Source: Pseudomonadota bacterium
GTDB taxonomy: Bacteria; Pseudomonadota; Gammaproteobacteria; JAGOUN01
Assembly (NCBI GenBank): GCA_040389005.1
Contig: JAZKAS010000032.1
Location: 17,738 to 49,737, forward strand
Direction: 5' to 3'
DNA length: 32,000 bases
Shown here: one piece after another, positions 10,147-18,706 of the stretch
Layout: the number at the start of each line of letters is the position of its first letter
Position numbering within the stretch: position 1 is the first letter of the stretch
The notes under the pieces: model-generated
The model's input: the letters and a program-made list of their open reading frames with translations, nothing else
What the model was told of the DNA's origin: nothing
Databases searched by the model: none
Program-made: the position numbers and the translations under genes

Positions 10147-10959
10147 TCATTTTTTTATTACATTAGCATGCTCAGGTAAGAGTACTGCCGCAGTTTTGAA
10201 CTGGATACACTCCAATTGTGCAATAGAAAAATCAGTTTTACTATTTAAACTAAGCGCATGACTACAAATATAAGAAGCAACATCCGCAATTTGTAGCATT
10301 GATGAACCATCTGCTTTTACAATATGAGGAGAAAATGGTTTCACTGCACTTCCAGTATCATAGAAACCCGAACACCAATTATGAGCTTGCCTACGTTTCT
10401 TACCAATAAATTTTGCTTTTGTTGCGTTGTGAGAGACAGTTACTTCGCATTCTTCAAATAAAGGCCCGTGCGAACGATCAATAAAACATGCTTGTGCTAA
10501 CAAGCCGTGAAGCCCTTGTGGTGTAGGAGTAATCAAAAGCTCACAATCCAGGTTAGTATCAGAGCTTGGAAAAGTATAAACATTTTTGCATTTTTCATGA
10601 TCACAGTAAGCATATTTAATAAAGATAGGGATTCTGTTGATTATAGCAACAACTCCTTTTACTAGATCAAAAACATCTTTCTCGCCCAGATGAGCTAATC
10701 CAACCTTTTTTCTATTGTCACCACTGAATATATCCTTACAATGCAAAATGGTTGAAGCTGGAATTCTATAAAATTTTTTCAGTTCCGCAAGCCTGAACTC
10801 TAAATTAGACAAATAGTTTTTACCAATAATAGCAAAAGCATATATTAAAAGGTTATTAACCTGACTTTCATCTCCATATGCCAAATATACTGCTTGATTT
10901 TCTGTGTTAATTGCGTGAACTCCAAAAGTAGCGATAGATAAAGTAGCCTTAAAAAACAA
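10147..10959 (-). CDS. DUF3800-like protein
   Basis: YLAYGDES near the N-terminus, ILHCKDIF mid-protein, HIVKADGSSMLQIADVASYICSHAL near the C-terminus, matching the DUF3800 acidic motif pattern. Confidence 0.65.
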   Translation of the reverse strand: MFFKATLSIATFGVHAINTENQAVYLAYGDESQVNNLLIYAFAIIGKNYLSNLEFRLAELKKFYRIPASTILHCKDIFSGDNRKKVGLAHLGEKDVFDLVKGVVAIINRIPIFIKYAYCDHEKCKNVYTFPSSDTNLDCELLITPTPQGLHGLLAQACFIDRSHGPLFEECEVTVSHNATKAKFIGKKRRQAHNWCSGFYDTGSAVKPFSPHIVKADGSSMLQIADVASYICSHALSLNSKTDFSIAQLECIQFKTAAVLLPEHANVIKK

Positions 10960-11074
10960 TAAAAATTTTGAAAATATGTGGGGATAACTTATAAAGTTTC
11001 AATAGGCAAAGGTTCGAGCCAAAGCTAGCGAAAAAGAAGGAGGGATACTTCTAGAAGGTTACGCGACAAAAAAA

Positions 11075-11368
11075 TTAAAGCTGTTTTAAAATAGTCAATT
11101 GCTCGACTTTTTTAAGGCGGCTAAATTTCAAGATTAACAATGCTAACTCTTCCGACTCCGCATAAAAATAAGCAGCTGGCACCTTTAACGCTGTCGCAAT
11201 TCGTTTAAGCGTATGATAATCAGGCGTGTGCCTGCCCTTCTCATAATGATTCATCCGAGCGCTAGCTGAAAACTCATCCATACCTGCAGCAATACCCAGC
11301 TGCTTTTGAGACAGCTCAGCAGCTTTACGAGCTTCTTTAAGTCTTTTGCAGAGAGGAGAATCGGCCAT
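11075..11368 (-). CDS. XRE-family HTH transcriptional regulator
   Basis: LKEARKAAELSQKQLGIAAGMDEFSASARMNHYEKGRHTPDYHTLKRIATALKVPAAYFYAE. Confidence 0.9.
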   Translation of the reverse strand: MADSPLCKRLKEARKAAELSQKQLGIAAGMDEFSASARMNHYEKGRHTPDYHTLKRIATALKVPAAYFYAESEELALLILKFSRLKKVEQLTILKQL

Positions 11369-11547
11369 TTATTGTACAAAAATAGTTCTTTAATATACTT
11401 AGAGAATCTATGTTTTTTGCACCCTCAGATACTTAGGATTCCTATACTTTTTTGTCAGCTCAATATATAGTTGCAACCAATTAATTTCCGGAAATAACTT
11501 CTGGCGGCAAATAAGAATATCAGTGGCAAAATCAAGGAGATAAAGAA

Positions 11548-14505
11548 GTGAAAATTCAACTACACGATGTGATAAAAAATGCACAGTGTTGGGATGACGT
11601 TTATCAGGAACTTTCAAAGTACAACGCAAAAGCTAGCCCTCATTCAAAGAAAAAAAGTGTGGCAGGAAAGCTATTTGAAGAGTTTTGCGAATACTATTAT
11701 AAAGCTGAGCCTTCCGAAATACATAGTTACAAAAGCGTTAATCTCTTTAAAGATACTCATAGCAAAATTATAGAAAGGCTTAAGTTAGGAAAAGTAGAAC
11801 ACGGCATAGATTTAATTTTAGAAAGTCATGAGGGTGAACTATCTGCTGTTCAATGTAAATTTACAAACGACCAAAACTCAAATGTGAGTTGGAGCAGAAA
11901 CAAGATTGCCAATTTATTTGCCGAGGGTGATTTGGGTGATTATTTTGTAGTTTTTACTAATGCAGCAAACATTGATCGACACAGCTTGACCAAGAAGCCA
12001 GGCAAACTCAAAGTCATTACTTTTAATACATTATCTCAACTATCCTCTGAAACACTTGAAAATATCAAGCGCTTAGCTGAAAAGAAGAAGCCCATTCCGC
12101 ATAAACCCTATGAGCCTAGAGACCATCAAAAACAAGCAATACAAGCCGTAATCAATGGATTCGAGAAATCAGACAGAGGGCAATTAATTTTACCCTGTGG
12201 CGCAGGTAAAACACTTACTGCCCTATGGATTAAAGACGCATTGGATGCAAAACGCACGATTGTATTACTCCCTTCGCTAGCTCTATTACGTCAGATCAAA
12301 AAGGAATGGCAAGAAAATCAAACCCATCATATTGCAAGTATTTGTGTCTGTTCTGAATCTGATATTAGCAATGAGGAAGATTGCATACAAGATAACCTAT
12401 ACGAAATAAGCGGTAAAGTTTCTACCAACCCCGATGAAATAAGAACTTGGCTGAGCCATCATGAAGAGTGTATTGTTTTTTCTACGTACCAAAGTTTAGA
12501 GGCTGTCTGTGACGCCGTTAGATCAACTTCAGTAGTTTTTGATTTAGCGATTTGTGACGAAGCACATAAAACAACAGGAGGAAAAAACAATCAATTCACT
12601 TTGATTCATTCTAACGATAATTTGCCTGTCAAAACACGTCTTTACATGACAGCGACCCCTCGTGTCGTTACTGGCGGTCTTAAAAATGTAAAAAATGATG
12701 ACATCCGTTATCTTTATGATATGAGCAATCCTAAATATTTTGGCCCCGAATTTTATTACATGAGTTTTAAGCAAGCTATAGATAGTAATATTCTTGTTGA
12801 TTATCAAATTATTGCTATCGGAATTGGTGACCAAGAATTGGCTGAAGCCATAAAGCAACGAAAATATGTAACTAACTACAGTACACTTGATGAAGTTGCC
12901 AATAATTTTGCGCTTGAAAAAATGATGCAAATGCATGGCCCTACTCATGCTTTAACATTTCATTCATCAGTATCAAAAGCCGGGGCATTTAAAAAGCGGC
13001 ATTGTGAAATATTTCCCCTAATAAAAACGGATCATGTCAATGGAAATATGACTACTAATGAAAGAGAAAAGCGCCTTCGTGAATTTAAAGCAGAAGAAAA
13101 AGCCGTCATGACTAATGCGCGTTGTTTAACCGAGGGGGTAGATGTGCCAGCAATTGATGTTGTTTACTTTTGCGACCCTAAGAATTCGAAAATTGACATT
13201 GTGCAAGCAGCAGGAAGAGCACTTAGAAAAGCAGATAATAAAAAAATAGGCTATATAGTAGTTCCAATTTTTCACACAGAGAGAGGCAGCCTAGATGAGG
13301 TTATTCAGTCAGGCCCGTTCAAAAATCTTATTAATGTAATTAGATCGCTCTCGGCTCACGATGATCGACTAGTCGCTGAAATTAATAATATTAAAAGCCA
13401 ACTAGGTAAACAAAAAACAAATACTCAACATTTTTTTATTGAATCTACAGAGAAAGTAATAACCATTATTGGGTTTGAACAGGCTCTTCAAGAAGCCTTA
13501 TTTGATCAAATTGTGAATAAAATTAAAGTGCCTTGGAGAAATTTTGTTGAAGCGAATGAATTTGCACGTAGCTTACGCTTGAAAAATGTAGATGCTTGGA
13601 AAGCTTATTGCAACACTGGAGAAAAGCCAATAGATATTCCTGAGTATCCTCAAGATATTTATAAAACTTGCGGGTGGTCAACTTGGGGCGATTGGTTGGG
13701 CACAGGGGTTGTTGCCAATCAAAATAGAAACTATAGAACCTTTTATGACGCCAGAGATTTTGCTCGTAGTTTAAATTTAGAAGGACTACAAGCCTGGCAA
13801 TCCTATTCCAAAGGAGGAAGTAGGCCAGCTGACATCCATTCACTACCATCTCGATATTATAAAGACAAAGGTTGGATCTCCTGGGGAGATTGGTTGGGCA
13901 ATGGAAACGTCGCTAATTGCAATAAAAAATTTAAACCATTTGAGGAAGCGCGTGAATTTGCTCGTAGTTTACACTTGGAGAATGGAAAAGCATGGAAAAT
14001 TTACTATACAACTCACTCTATACCAATAGATATTCCTGAATACCCTGATGATATTTACAAAAATAAAGGTTGGATATCATGGGGAGACTGGCTGGGCAAT
14101 GGGAACGTCGCTAATTTCAATAAAAAATTTAGGCCATTTGAGGAAGCACGTGAATTTGCCCGCAGTTTACGTTTAGAAAATCGCAATGCTTGGGAAGCTT
14201 ACTCTAAGAGCGGCAACTTACCCGCAGACATTCCTGCCAGCCCTCGAGGATTTTATATAGATCAGGGTTGGATATCATGGGGAGATTGGTTGGGCAATAG
14301 TAACGTTGCTAATTCCAATAAAAAATTTAGGCCATTTGAGAAAGCGCGTGAATTTGCCCGCAGTTTATATTTAGAAAATCGTAATGCTTGGGAAGCCTAC
14401 TCTAAGAGCGGCAACCTACCCGCAGACATTCCTGCCAGCCCTCGAGGATTTTATATAGATCAAGGCTGGATATCCTGGGGAGATTGGTTGGGAAAATTTA
14501 GTTAA
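11548..14505 (+). CDS. Restriction-endonuclease-like domain + SF2 (DEAD/DEAH) helicase + five C-terminal INT_rpt-type repeats
   Basis: GTG start with AAGGAG SD. Nuclease-like GKLFEEFCEYYY...HGIDLILESHEGELSAVQCK (D...QxK). Helicase motifs LPCGAGKT, CDEAHKTTG, YMTATPR, VQAAGRALRK. Repeats end in GW(S/I)(T/S)WGDWLG. Confidence 0.9.
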   Translation: MKIQLHDVIKNAQCWDDVYQELSKYNAKASPHSKKKSVAGKLFEEFCEYYYKAEPSEIHSYKSVNLFKDTHSKIIERLKLGKVEHGIDLILESHEGELSAVQCKFTNDQNSNVSWSRNKIANLFAEGDLGDYFVVFTNAANIDRHSLTKKPGKLKVITFNTLSQLSSETLENIKRLAEKKKPIPHKPYEPRDHQKQAIQAVINGFEKSDRGQLILPCGAGKTLTALWIKDALDAKRTIVLLPSLALLRQIKKEWQENQTHHIASICVCSESDISNEEDCIQDNLYEISGKVSTNPDEIRTWLSHHEECIVFSTYQSLEAVCDAVRSTSVVFDLAICDEAHKTTGGKNNQFTLIHSNDNLPVKTRLYMTATPRVVTGGLKNVKNDDIRYLYDMSNPKYFGPEFYYMSFKQAIDSNILVDYQIIAIGIGDQELAEAIKQRKYVTNYSTLDEVANNFALEKMMQMHGPTHALTFHSSVSKAGAFKKRHCEIFPLIKTDHVNGNMTTNEREKRLREFKAEEKAVMTNARCLTEGVDVPAIDVVYFCDPKNSKIDIVQAAGRALRKADNKKIGYIVVPIFHTERGSLDEVIQSGPFKNLINVIRSLSAHDDRLVAEINNIKSQLGKQKTNTQHFFIESTEKVITIIGFEQALQEALFDQIVNKIKVPWRNFVEANEFARSLRLKNVDAWKAYCNTGEKPIDIPEYPQDIYKTCGWSTWGDWLGTGVVANQNRNYRTFYDARDFARSLNLEGLQAWQSYSKGGSRPADIHSLPSRYYKDKGWISWGDWLGNGNVANCNKKFKPFEEAREFARSLHLENGKAWKIYYTTHSIPIDIPEYPDDIYKNKGWISWGDWLGNGNVANFNKKFRPFEEAREFARSLRLENRNAWEAYSKSGNLPADIPASPRGFYIDQGWISWGDWLGNSNVANSNKKFRPFEKAREFARSLYLENRNAWEAYSKSGNLPADIPASPRGFYIDQGWISWGDWLGKFS
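13543..14502 (+). repeat. Five in-frame tandem repeats, exact 198-bp period (INT_rpt-like, ~66 aa)
   Basis: Units begin at 13543, 13741, 13939, 14137 and 14335 with consensus FEEAREFARSLxLExxxAWxxYxxxGxxPxDIPxxPxxxYxxxGWISWGDWLGNGNVANxNKKFRP; the last unit is truncated. Confidence 0.9.
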
Positions 14506-14528
14506 AATTGCCTGCCCTCTGCGGCGGG

Positions 14529-14948
14529 TTAAGCTTTCATAATTCGCTCATAAGCCCTCATTGCTTCGATCGGATCAGTAACCGTAAGTTTTAGCGGAGC
14601 AGCTATATTGGGCTGCTCTGTAATGAATTTTTTAAGTCGATCCGCCTCGTCTATATTTAAACGACCATCCAACACTGCCTGCATTATCTCATCATTTAAT
14701 TTGGCAATGCCTTTGTTGTCTAATTTTGCCGGTAATTCAATATCCAAAGGCTCATACTTCGTCTTAGGAATTAATCGCTCGATGCAAAGGCGAAGAGCTG
14801 TGCTATCACCTTCTAGCGCAAGCTCAATTGTTTTGCTAATTAACTCTTCCGCATGCGGTTCTAATAAATTTGCCAATCGCACTCGTCTACTGACTGCGCC
14901 TTTTGGTCGGCCATTAGGATTGCCTGATTTTCCAACTTTAAATGTCAT
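14529..14948 (-). CDS. DUF5681-containing protein
   Basis: N-terminal FKVGKSGNPNGRPKGAVSRRVRL signature. Confidence 0.8.
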   Translation of the reverse strand: MTFKVGKSGNPNGRPKGAVSRRVRLANLLEPHAEELISKTIELALEGDSTALRLCIERLIPKTKYEPLDIELPAKLDNKGIAKLNDEIMQAVLDGRLNIDEADRLKKFITEQPNIAAPLKLTVTDPIEAMRAYERIMKA

Positions 14949-15088
14949 TCTTGTTTTCCTATTGTTTTTTACAAGTAAATTTATTTTCTATAATGAAATA
15001 TTATGGTTAAAACCATGTCTTAATGTCTTGCAAGTCTTTAAAAAAGACTATTTTAAAAGACATGAAGACATGTAAGACATTGGTTCGT

Positions 15089-17473
15089 TTAATAACTACA
15101 AGATTTTATCTCCCACCATATATAACTTCCTCTTTTCCCAAGGCTTTTACATCCGATGCCCAGCTGGCGTAACGCTGGAGCCACTCTCCGCAAGGCATCC
15201 GCGAAGCCTTTTGCTGTGCGCGGCCAACTATCAACACCTAGTGGTCTTTTCTGTTCTACTTTTACAAATAAATCTTTTATAGGCATGGTTATTGTTCGCT
15301 TATTTTCTGTTTCAAATAATTCAATTAATGCCGATGCAACTGGACTGGCGTCAATAGTTCTCACAATAGATTCTTCTCTGCTCTTATTGAACTCCTTTAG
15401 AAATTCTTCTGTGGATTTACCCATAACATTAGCTACCGCCATGCCAAAACGAGCAAACTCAGCTAAGCGAGTACGATTATTTTCAGGTAATTTCATTTCA
15501 GGTAAACACGCAAGTGATTGAGAAAAAATAGTTAACAAAGCTCCAAATAAATTGGAATACTCTGTTTCAAAAATACGCCAAAGCTCAGTCATTTCAACTC
15601 GATGTTGAATTTCTGGAGTTTCAACAGATATCGTCCGATCAATTAAATCTTGCGCTGTTATTGCAGCGCTAATTCCATTTAATACGATAGGACGTTTTAC
15701 TACTAATACAGATTCTTCAGCATCGCTATATAATTTTCTTTTAGCGTGTCCGCCACCTGTAGATAAAATACATAAAGCATCTTGTACTGGCGCAGCAAGA
15801 TGGCTGATATTTTCATAGCTCACAAGCCAATTAATACCCGCGCTAACAAAAATGTCATCTGTCGTTTTAGGAGCGCCTCTCAAATTACAACCGTTAGGAT
15901 CAATTAATTGTCTTAACATGCTTTGTGTTGTGCTTTTTGCGCTACCTTGCTCACCGATCAACTCTAATATGGGAAAAGGAGTATCTGGTCTCAGACAATC
16001 AATTAACCATGTAATCACTAATAGCCTGCTGTTTTCGGGGATATTTATAATTGACCAAAGCTTAGAGATGTCTGGGCCGCGAGTAGGTTCTGGCAAAGGT
16101 CTCAATGTTTCTGGGCGTATAAACCTAACAGGAGGATTATTTATTATTTGCCAGTTTCCAGCAGTAATACTGATCGCCCTGCTCTGATCATTTTCTCCTA
16201 AATCAATGTAATAAACATCTTCATATTGTGCAACACGAATATAAACATCATGACATTCACCTTTATGTCTGGCAATTCCGTTAAGAGTAGTCATCGCTTC
16301 ACGTAGCGATTGATCACGAACTGATTTTCCAGTGGATTCATAAAACTTAGCAACTAACCAATTTTTAAATGACTTTCCATCCAGCCTTCGCGCTTCTTGC
16401 GTTGCTATGTCTCGAGCGTAGGTGTCAGAATTTTTGTCATGAAAAAGCTCTACTCTTTGCTCTACAAATTTGACTAATGTAGATGACTGGCTTTGTTTGT
16501 TATCATGGCTTTCTTCCTGAATTTTATTTTCAGGTTCTTTGGTGTTTTCTAGCAAATTTTTTAATAAACTGGCGCCAAATTCTTGTAAATAGTCATTCAC
16601 GTCATAATTGGATGGCTTATCAAGAGGAAGTTCGACCCATCGACTTGAAGTAATAGAAGCGATTTCAACTGCATCATCTTCCTTGCCGCGATCTGGAACA
16701 ATAATTAATTGAGCAATAGGATATTTTTTACGTAATACCTGAGTTACTTTTCTAATGCGATGAGCGCCAAAACATACAATAGCCGCCTCTCCTATTGCTT
16801 CATTAACAGCCCAAGCTTGGCCAATACCTTCACAAATATAAATACGATTTTTTATTTCTCCTACTGCAAAAAAACCATCATTAAATTTTGCGCCGGGTAA
16901 ATTAAGTTTTTGGCTACCATCACGAGGAATAAATTGGAGGGTTTGTATTTTATCCTCGCTATAACATGGAACCACTAAAAAACCTTCAACGCTTTTTCCA
17001 CAAACTTCATAATAAGGTGCGTCAGCAGGATACACTCTTAATCCATCGCTTTTACCTTGTTTACATTGGATGTAAGGTTCGCTCAATGTCGCAGGTACGC
17101 AAAGCTGCCAAATTTTAGCAGCAGTTTCATTTTCATATTGAACGGCTGTTGAAGGCATTTTATTTTGCTGCTCTATATCAACGCGTGATGATATATGCTC
17201 AGCCAGATAATCGTTCGGCCGTTGCCAACCTTCATCAGTTGCAAGTTTATAAAGCGTTCCTACAGTAATAGGACCATCGGCTTTAAATGAATCCCAAGTA
17301 TTTTTGCAATCATCTTCACTAACATAGTTATGCCCTCCTTCACTCCAAGAGTGAAAAGCTTCAAATGTTAGTTCGGCAGATTTCGCAGCCATTCCGATGC
17401 GAACCCACTTTTCACGTGGGCAGGCAGGGTCTAAGAAATTTAGCGCGGAGTGCGCACATTCTATTTTATGCAT
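15089..17473 (-). CDS. Replication protein: PriCT-2-like + TOPRIM + P-loop ATPase (P4-alpha-like)
   Basis: N-terminal ALNFLDPACPREKWVRIGMAAKSA...AFHSWSEGG; TOPRIM-like NRIYICEGIGQAWAVNEA...IIVPDRGKEDDA; Walker A LIGEQGSAKSTTQSML. Confidence 0.85.
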   Translation of the reverse strand: MHKIECAHSALNFLDPACPREKWVRIGMAAKSAELTFEAFHSWSEGGHNYVSEDDCKNTWDSFKADGPITVGTLYKLATDEGWQRPNDYLAEHISSRVDIEQQNKMPSTAVQYENETAAKIWQLCVPATLSEPYIQCKQGKSDGLRVYPADAPYYEVCGKSVEGFLVVPCYSEDKIQTLQFIPRDGSQKLNLPGAKFNDGFFAVGEIKNRIYICEGIGQAWAVNEAIGEAAIVCFGAHRIRKVTQVLRKKYPIAQLIIVPDRGKEDDAVEIASITSSRWVELPLDKPSNYDVNDYLQEFGASLLKNLLENTKEPENKIQEESHDNKQSQSSTLVKFVEQRVELFHDKNSDTYARDIATQEARRLDGKSFKNWLVAKFYESTGKSVRDQSLREAMTTLNGIARHKGECHDVYIRVAQYEDVYYIDLGENDQSRAISITAGNWQIINNPPVRFIRPETLRPLPEPTRGPDISKLWSIINIPENSRLLVITWLIDCLRPDTPFPILELIGEQGSAKSTTQSMLRQLIDPNGCNLRGAPKTTDDIFVSAGINWLVSYENISHLAAPVQDALCILSTGGGHAKRKLYSDAEESVLVVKRPIVLNGISAAITAQDLIDRTISVETPEIQHRVEMTELWRIFETEYSNLFGALLTIFSQSLACLPEMKLPENNRTRLAEFARFGMAVANVMGKSTEEFLKEFNKSREESIVRTIDASPVASALIELFETENKRTITMPIKDLFVKVEQKRPLGVDSWPRTAKGFADALRRVAPALRQLGIGCKSLGKRGSYIWWEIKSCSY

Positions 17474-17540
17474 AATATTTATCCTTAAATATTTATGATT
17501 AGTTGTTGTTGTGTTGTCTCAGAGAAGTGGTGTAAGAAGC

Positions 17541-17903
17541 TTAATGATGATTTATCAAGAAATTTGCCATTTCAGAAATATCACAACTGCCATTTTGCAA
17601 AGGTGCGTCATCTATCCATGGCGCTAAGCAAAGTCCCTGAATTTCCAATTGACTATCTATAAATGTAGGAAAAAAATTCCCAATACCTGTAAGCACTAAT
17701 ATTCCATTAATGGTGGGTATGAGCTGACATTCTTCATACGAATTATATTTAATACCTTTATTTCCCGCTTTAAGAAACAGATCTTTAGGCAGATATATCA
17801 TTTGAGTATATGTTTTCTTAGGCGTTGACTCTTCTTTTTTTCCAATCAAGCGGTAATGTTTATCATTAATTGGCGCAAGTTTACTTGTTATGTTATTTTT
17901 CAA
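17541..17903 (-). CDS. Hypothetical protein, 120 aa
   Basis: ORF overlapping the alpA-like gene by 4 nt in an operon-like arrangement. Confidence 0.6.
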   Translation of the reverse strand: MKNNITSKLAPINDKHYRLIGKKEESTPKKTYTQMIYLPKDLFLKAGNKGIKYNSYEECQLIPTINGILVLTGIGNFFPTFIDSQLEIQGLCLAPWIDDAPLQNGSCDISEMANFLINHH

Positions 17904-18157
17904 TGGGTATACCCCATTTTGCTTGAGTCCGTTTTATGACTCGCAATTAAGGCATGGATATCTTCAGCGTGCCAGGCAGTACAGCGAGGAGATAACTTTA
18001 TTGGCTTAGGGTATTTTCCAGATTTTACTCCAGCCCAAAAACTTGACCTCGAGATCGGGTAGACTGCAAGCACTTGTGGTAAGCGTACAAATCCTTTTTC
18101 AGGGATAATAGATTGAGAAATGATCGTTTGACCATTGTGATTATTAAATTGAACCAT
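17900..18157 (-). CDS. AlpA-family transcriptional regulator
   Basis: FVRLPQVLAVYPISRSSFWAGVKSGKYPKPIKLSPRCTAWHAEDIHALI. Confidence 0.85.
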   Translation of the reverse strand: MVQFNNHNGQTIISQSIIPEKGFVRLPQVLAVYPISRSSFWAGVKSGKYPKPIKLSPRCTAWHAEDIHALIASHKTDSSKMGYTH

Positions 18158-18185
18158 AATATATCCTTATATTTATAGTTAGCGA

Positions 18186-18637
18186 CATCCGATAAGATAA
18201 GATGCAGCTTTGCTGATTAGGGCATGATTTTTTTAAAGCGCCCGTGGGTTTATTGGCGAAATCCTTTCACCAGTTTTCTTATAGGCATTCAGAATTGATT
18301 GCTTGATTATATTTACAGTTAAGTTACCTCATAATACCTCCTTGTATTTATGCCTATGGTTAATTGGCCATGCCCGATAAGATGCAATTTTTCTGATTAG
18401 ATCAGAATTTTGTAAAAAAATATTGTGGGTTTGCTGGTGAAAGTCTTTCACCAATTTTTCTATAGACACGGTTTCTTGAATAGAAAGAGTTGATTACCTG
18501 CACTTATATTGGCGCTTTACTGCGTCCAATAAAATCCAAGCACATCAACTATATCACAATTTTACAAAAAGTCAAGCAATTTACACTCAGCAGTTTATTG
18601 GCGCGAGACTTTTACCAATTTCACTATAGGCATGATG
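18186..18637. repeat. Three degenerate repeats between alpA-like gene and int
   Basis: 18244-18290 GTGGGTTTATTGGCGAAATCCTTTCACCAGTTTTCTTATAGGCATTC; 18425-18471 GTGGGTTTGCTGGTGAAAGTCTTTCACCAATTTTTCTATAGACACGG; ~18590-18637 CAGTTTATTGGCGCGAGACTTTTACCAATTTCACTATAGGCATGATGG. Confidence 0.75.
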
Positions 18638-18706
18638 GCATTGAAAAGTAAGTAACTTATTCAAATAATCTTTTAATTGCTACTGCTTAGTTTTGTATTT
18701 ATTTAG

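Noticed and set aside
12544-13849. Minus-strand ORFs of 134 and 108 aa within the helicase
   Set aside because: Antisense to a long ORF with complete helicase motifs; no family signature.
13543-14502. 198-bp tandem repeats considered as a CRISPR or intergenic satellite
   Set aside because: Repeats are contiguous, in frame and protein-coding; no spacer/repeat alternation. No CRISPR array noticed anywhere in the window.
11548-14505. Classical type I or type ISP restriction-modification enzyme
   Set aside because: No SAM-binding or NPPY-type methyltransferase motif and no adjacent hsdM/hsdS-like gene found.
15156-16187. + strand ORFs of 121 and 111 aa
   Set aside because: Antisense shadow ORFs inside the replication protein gene.
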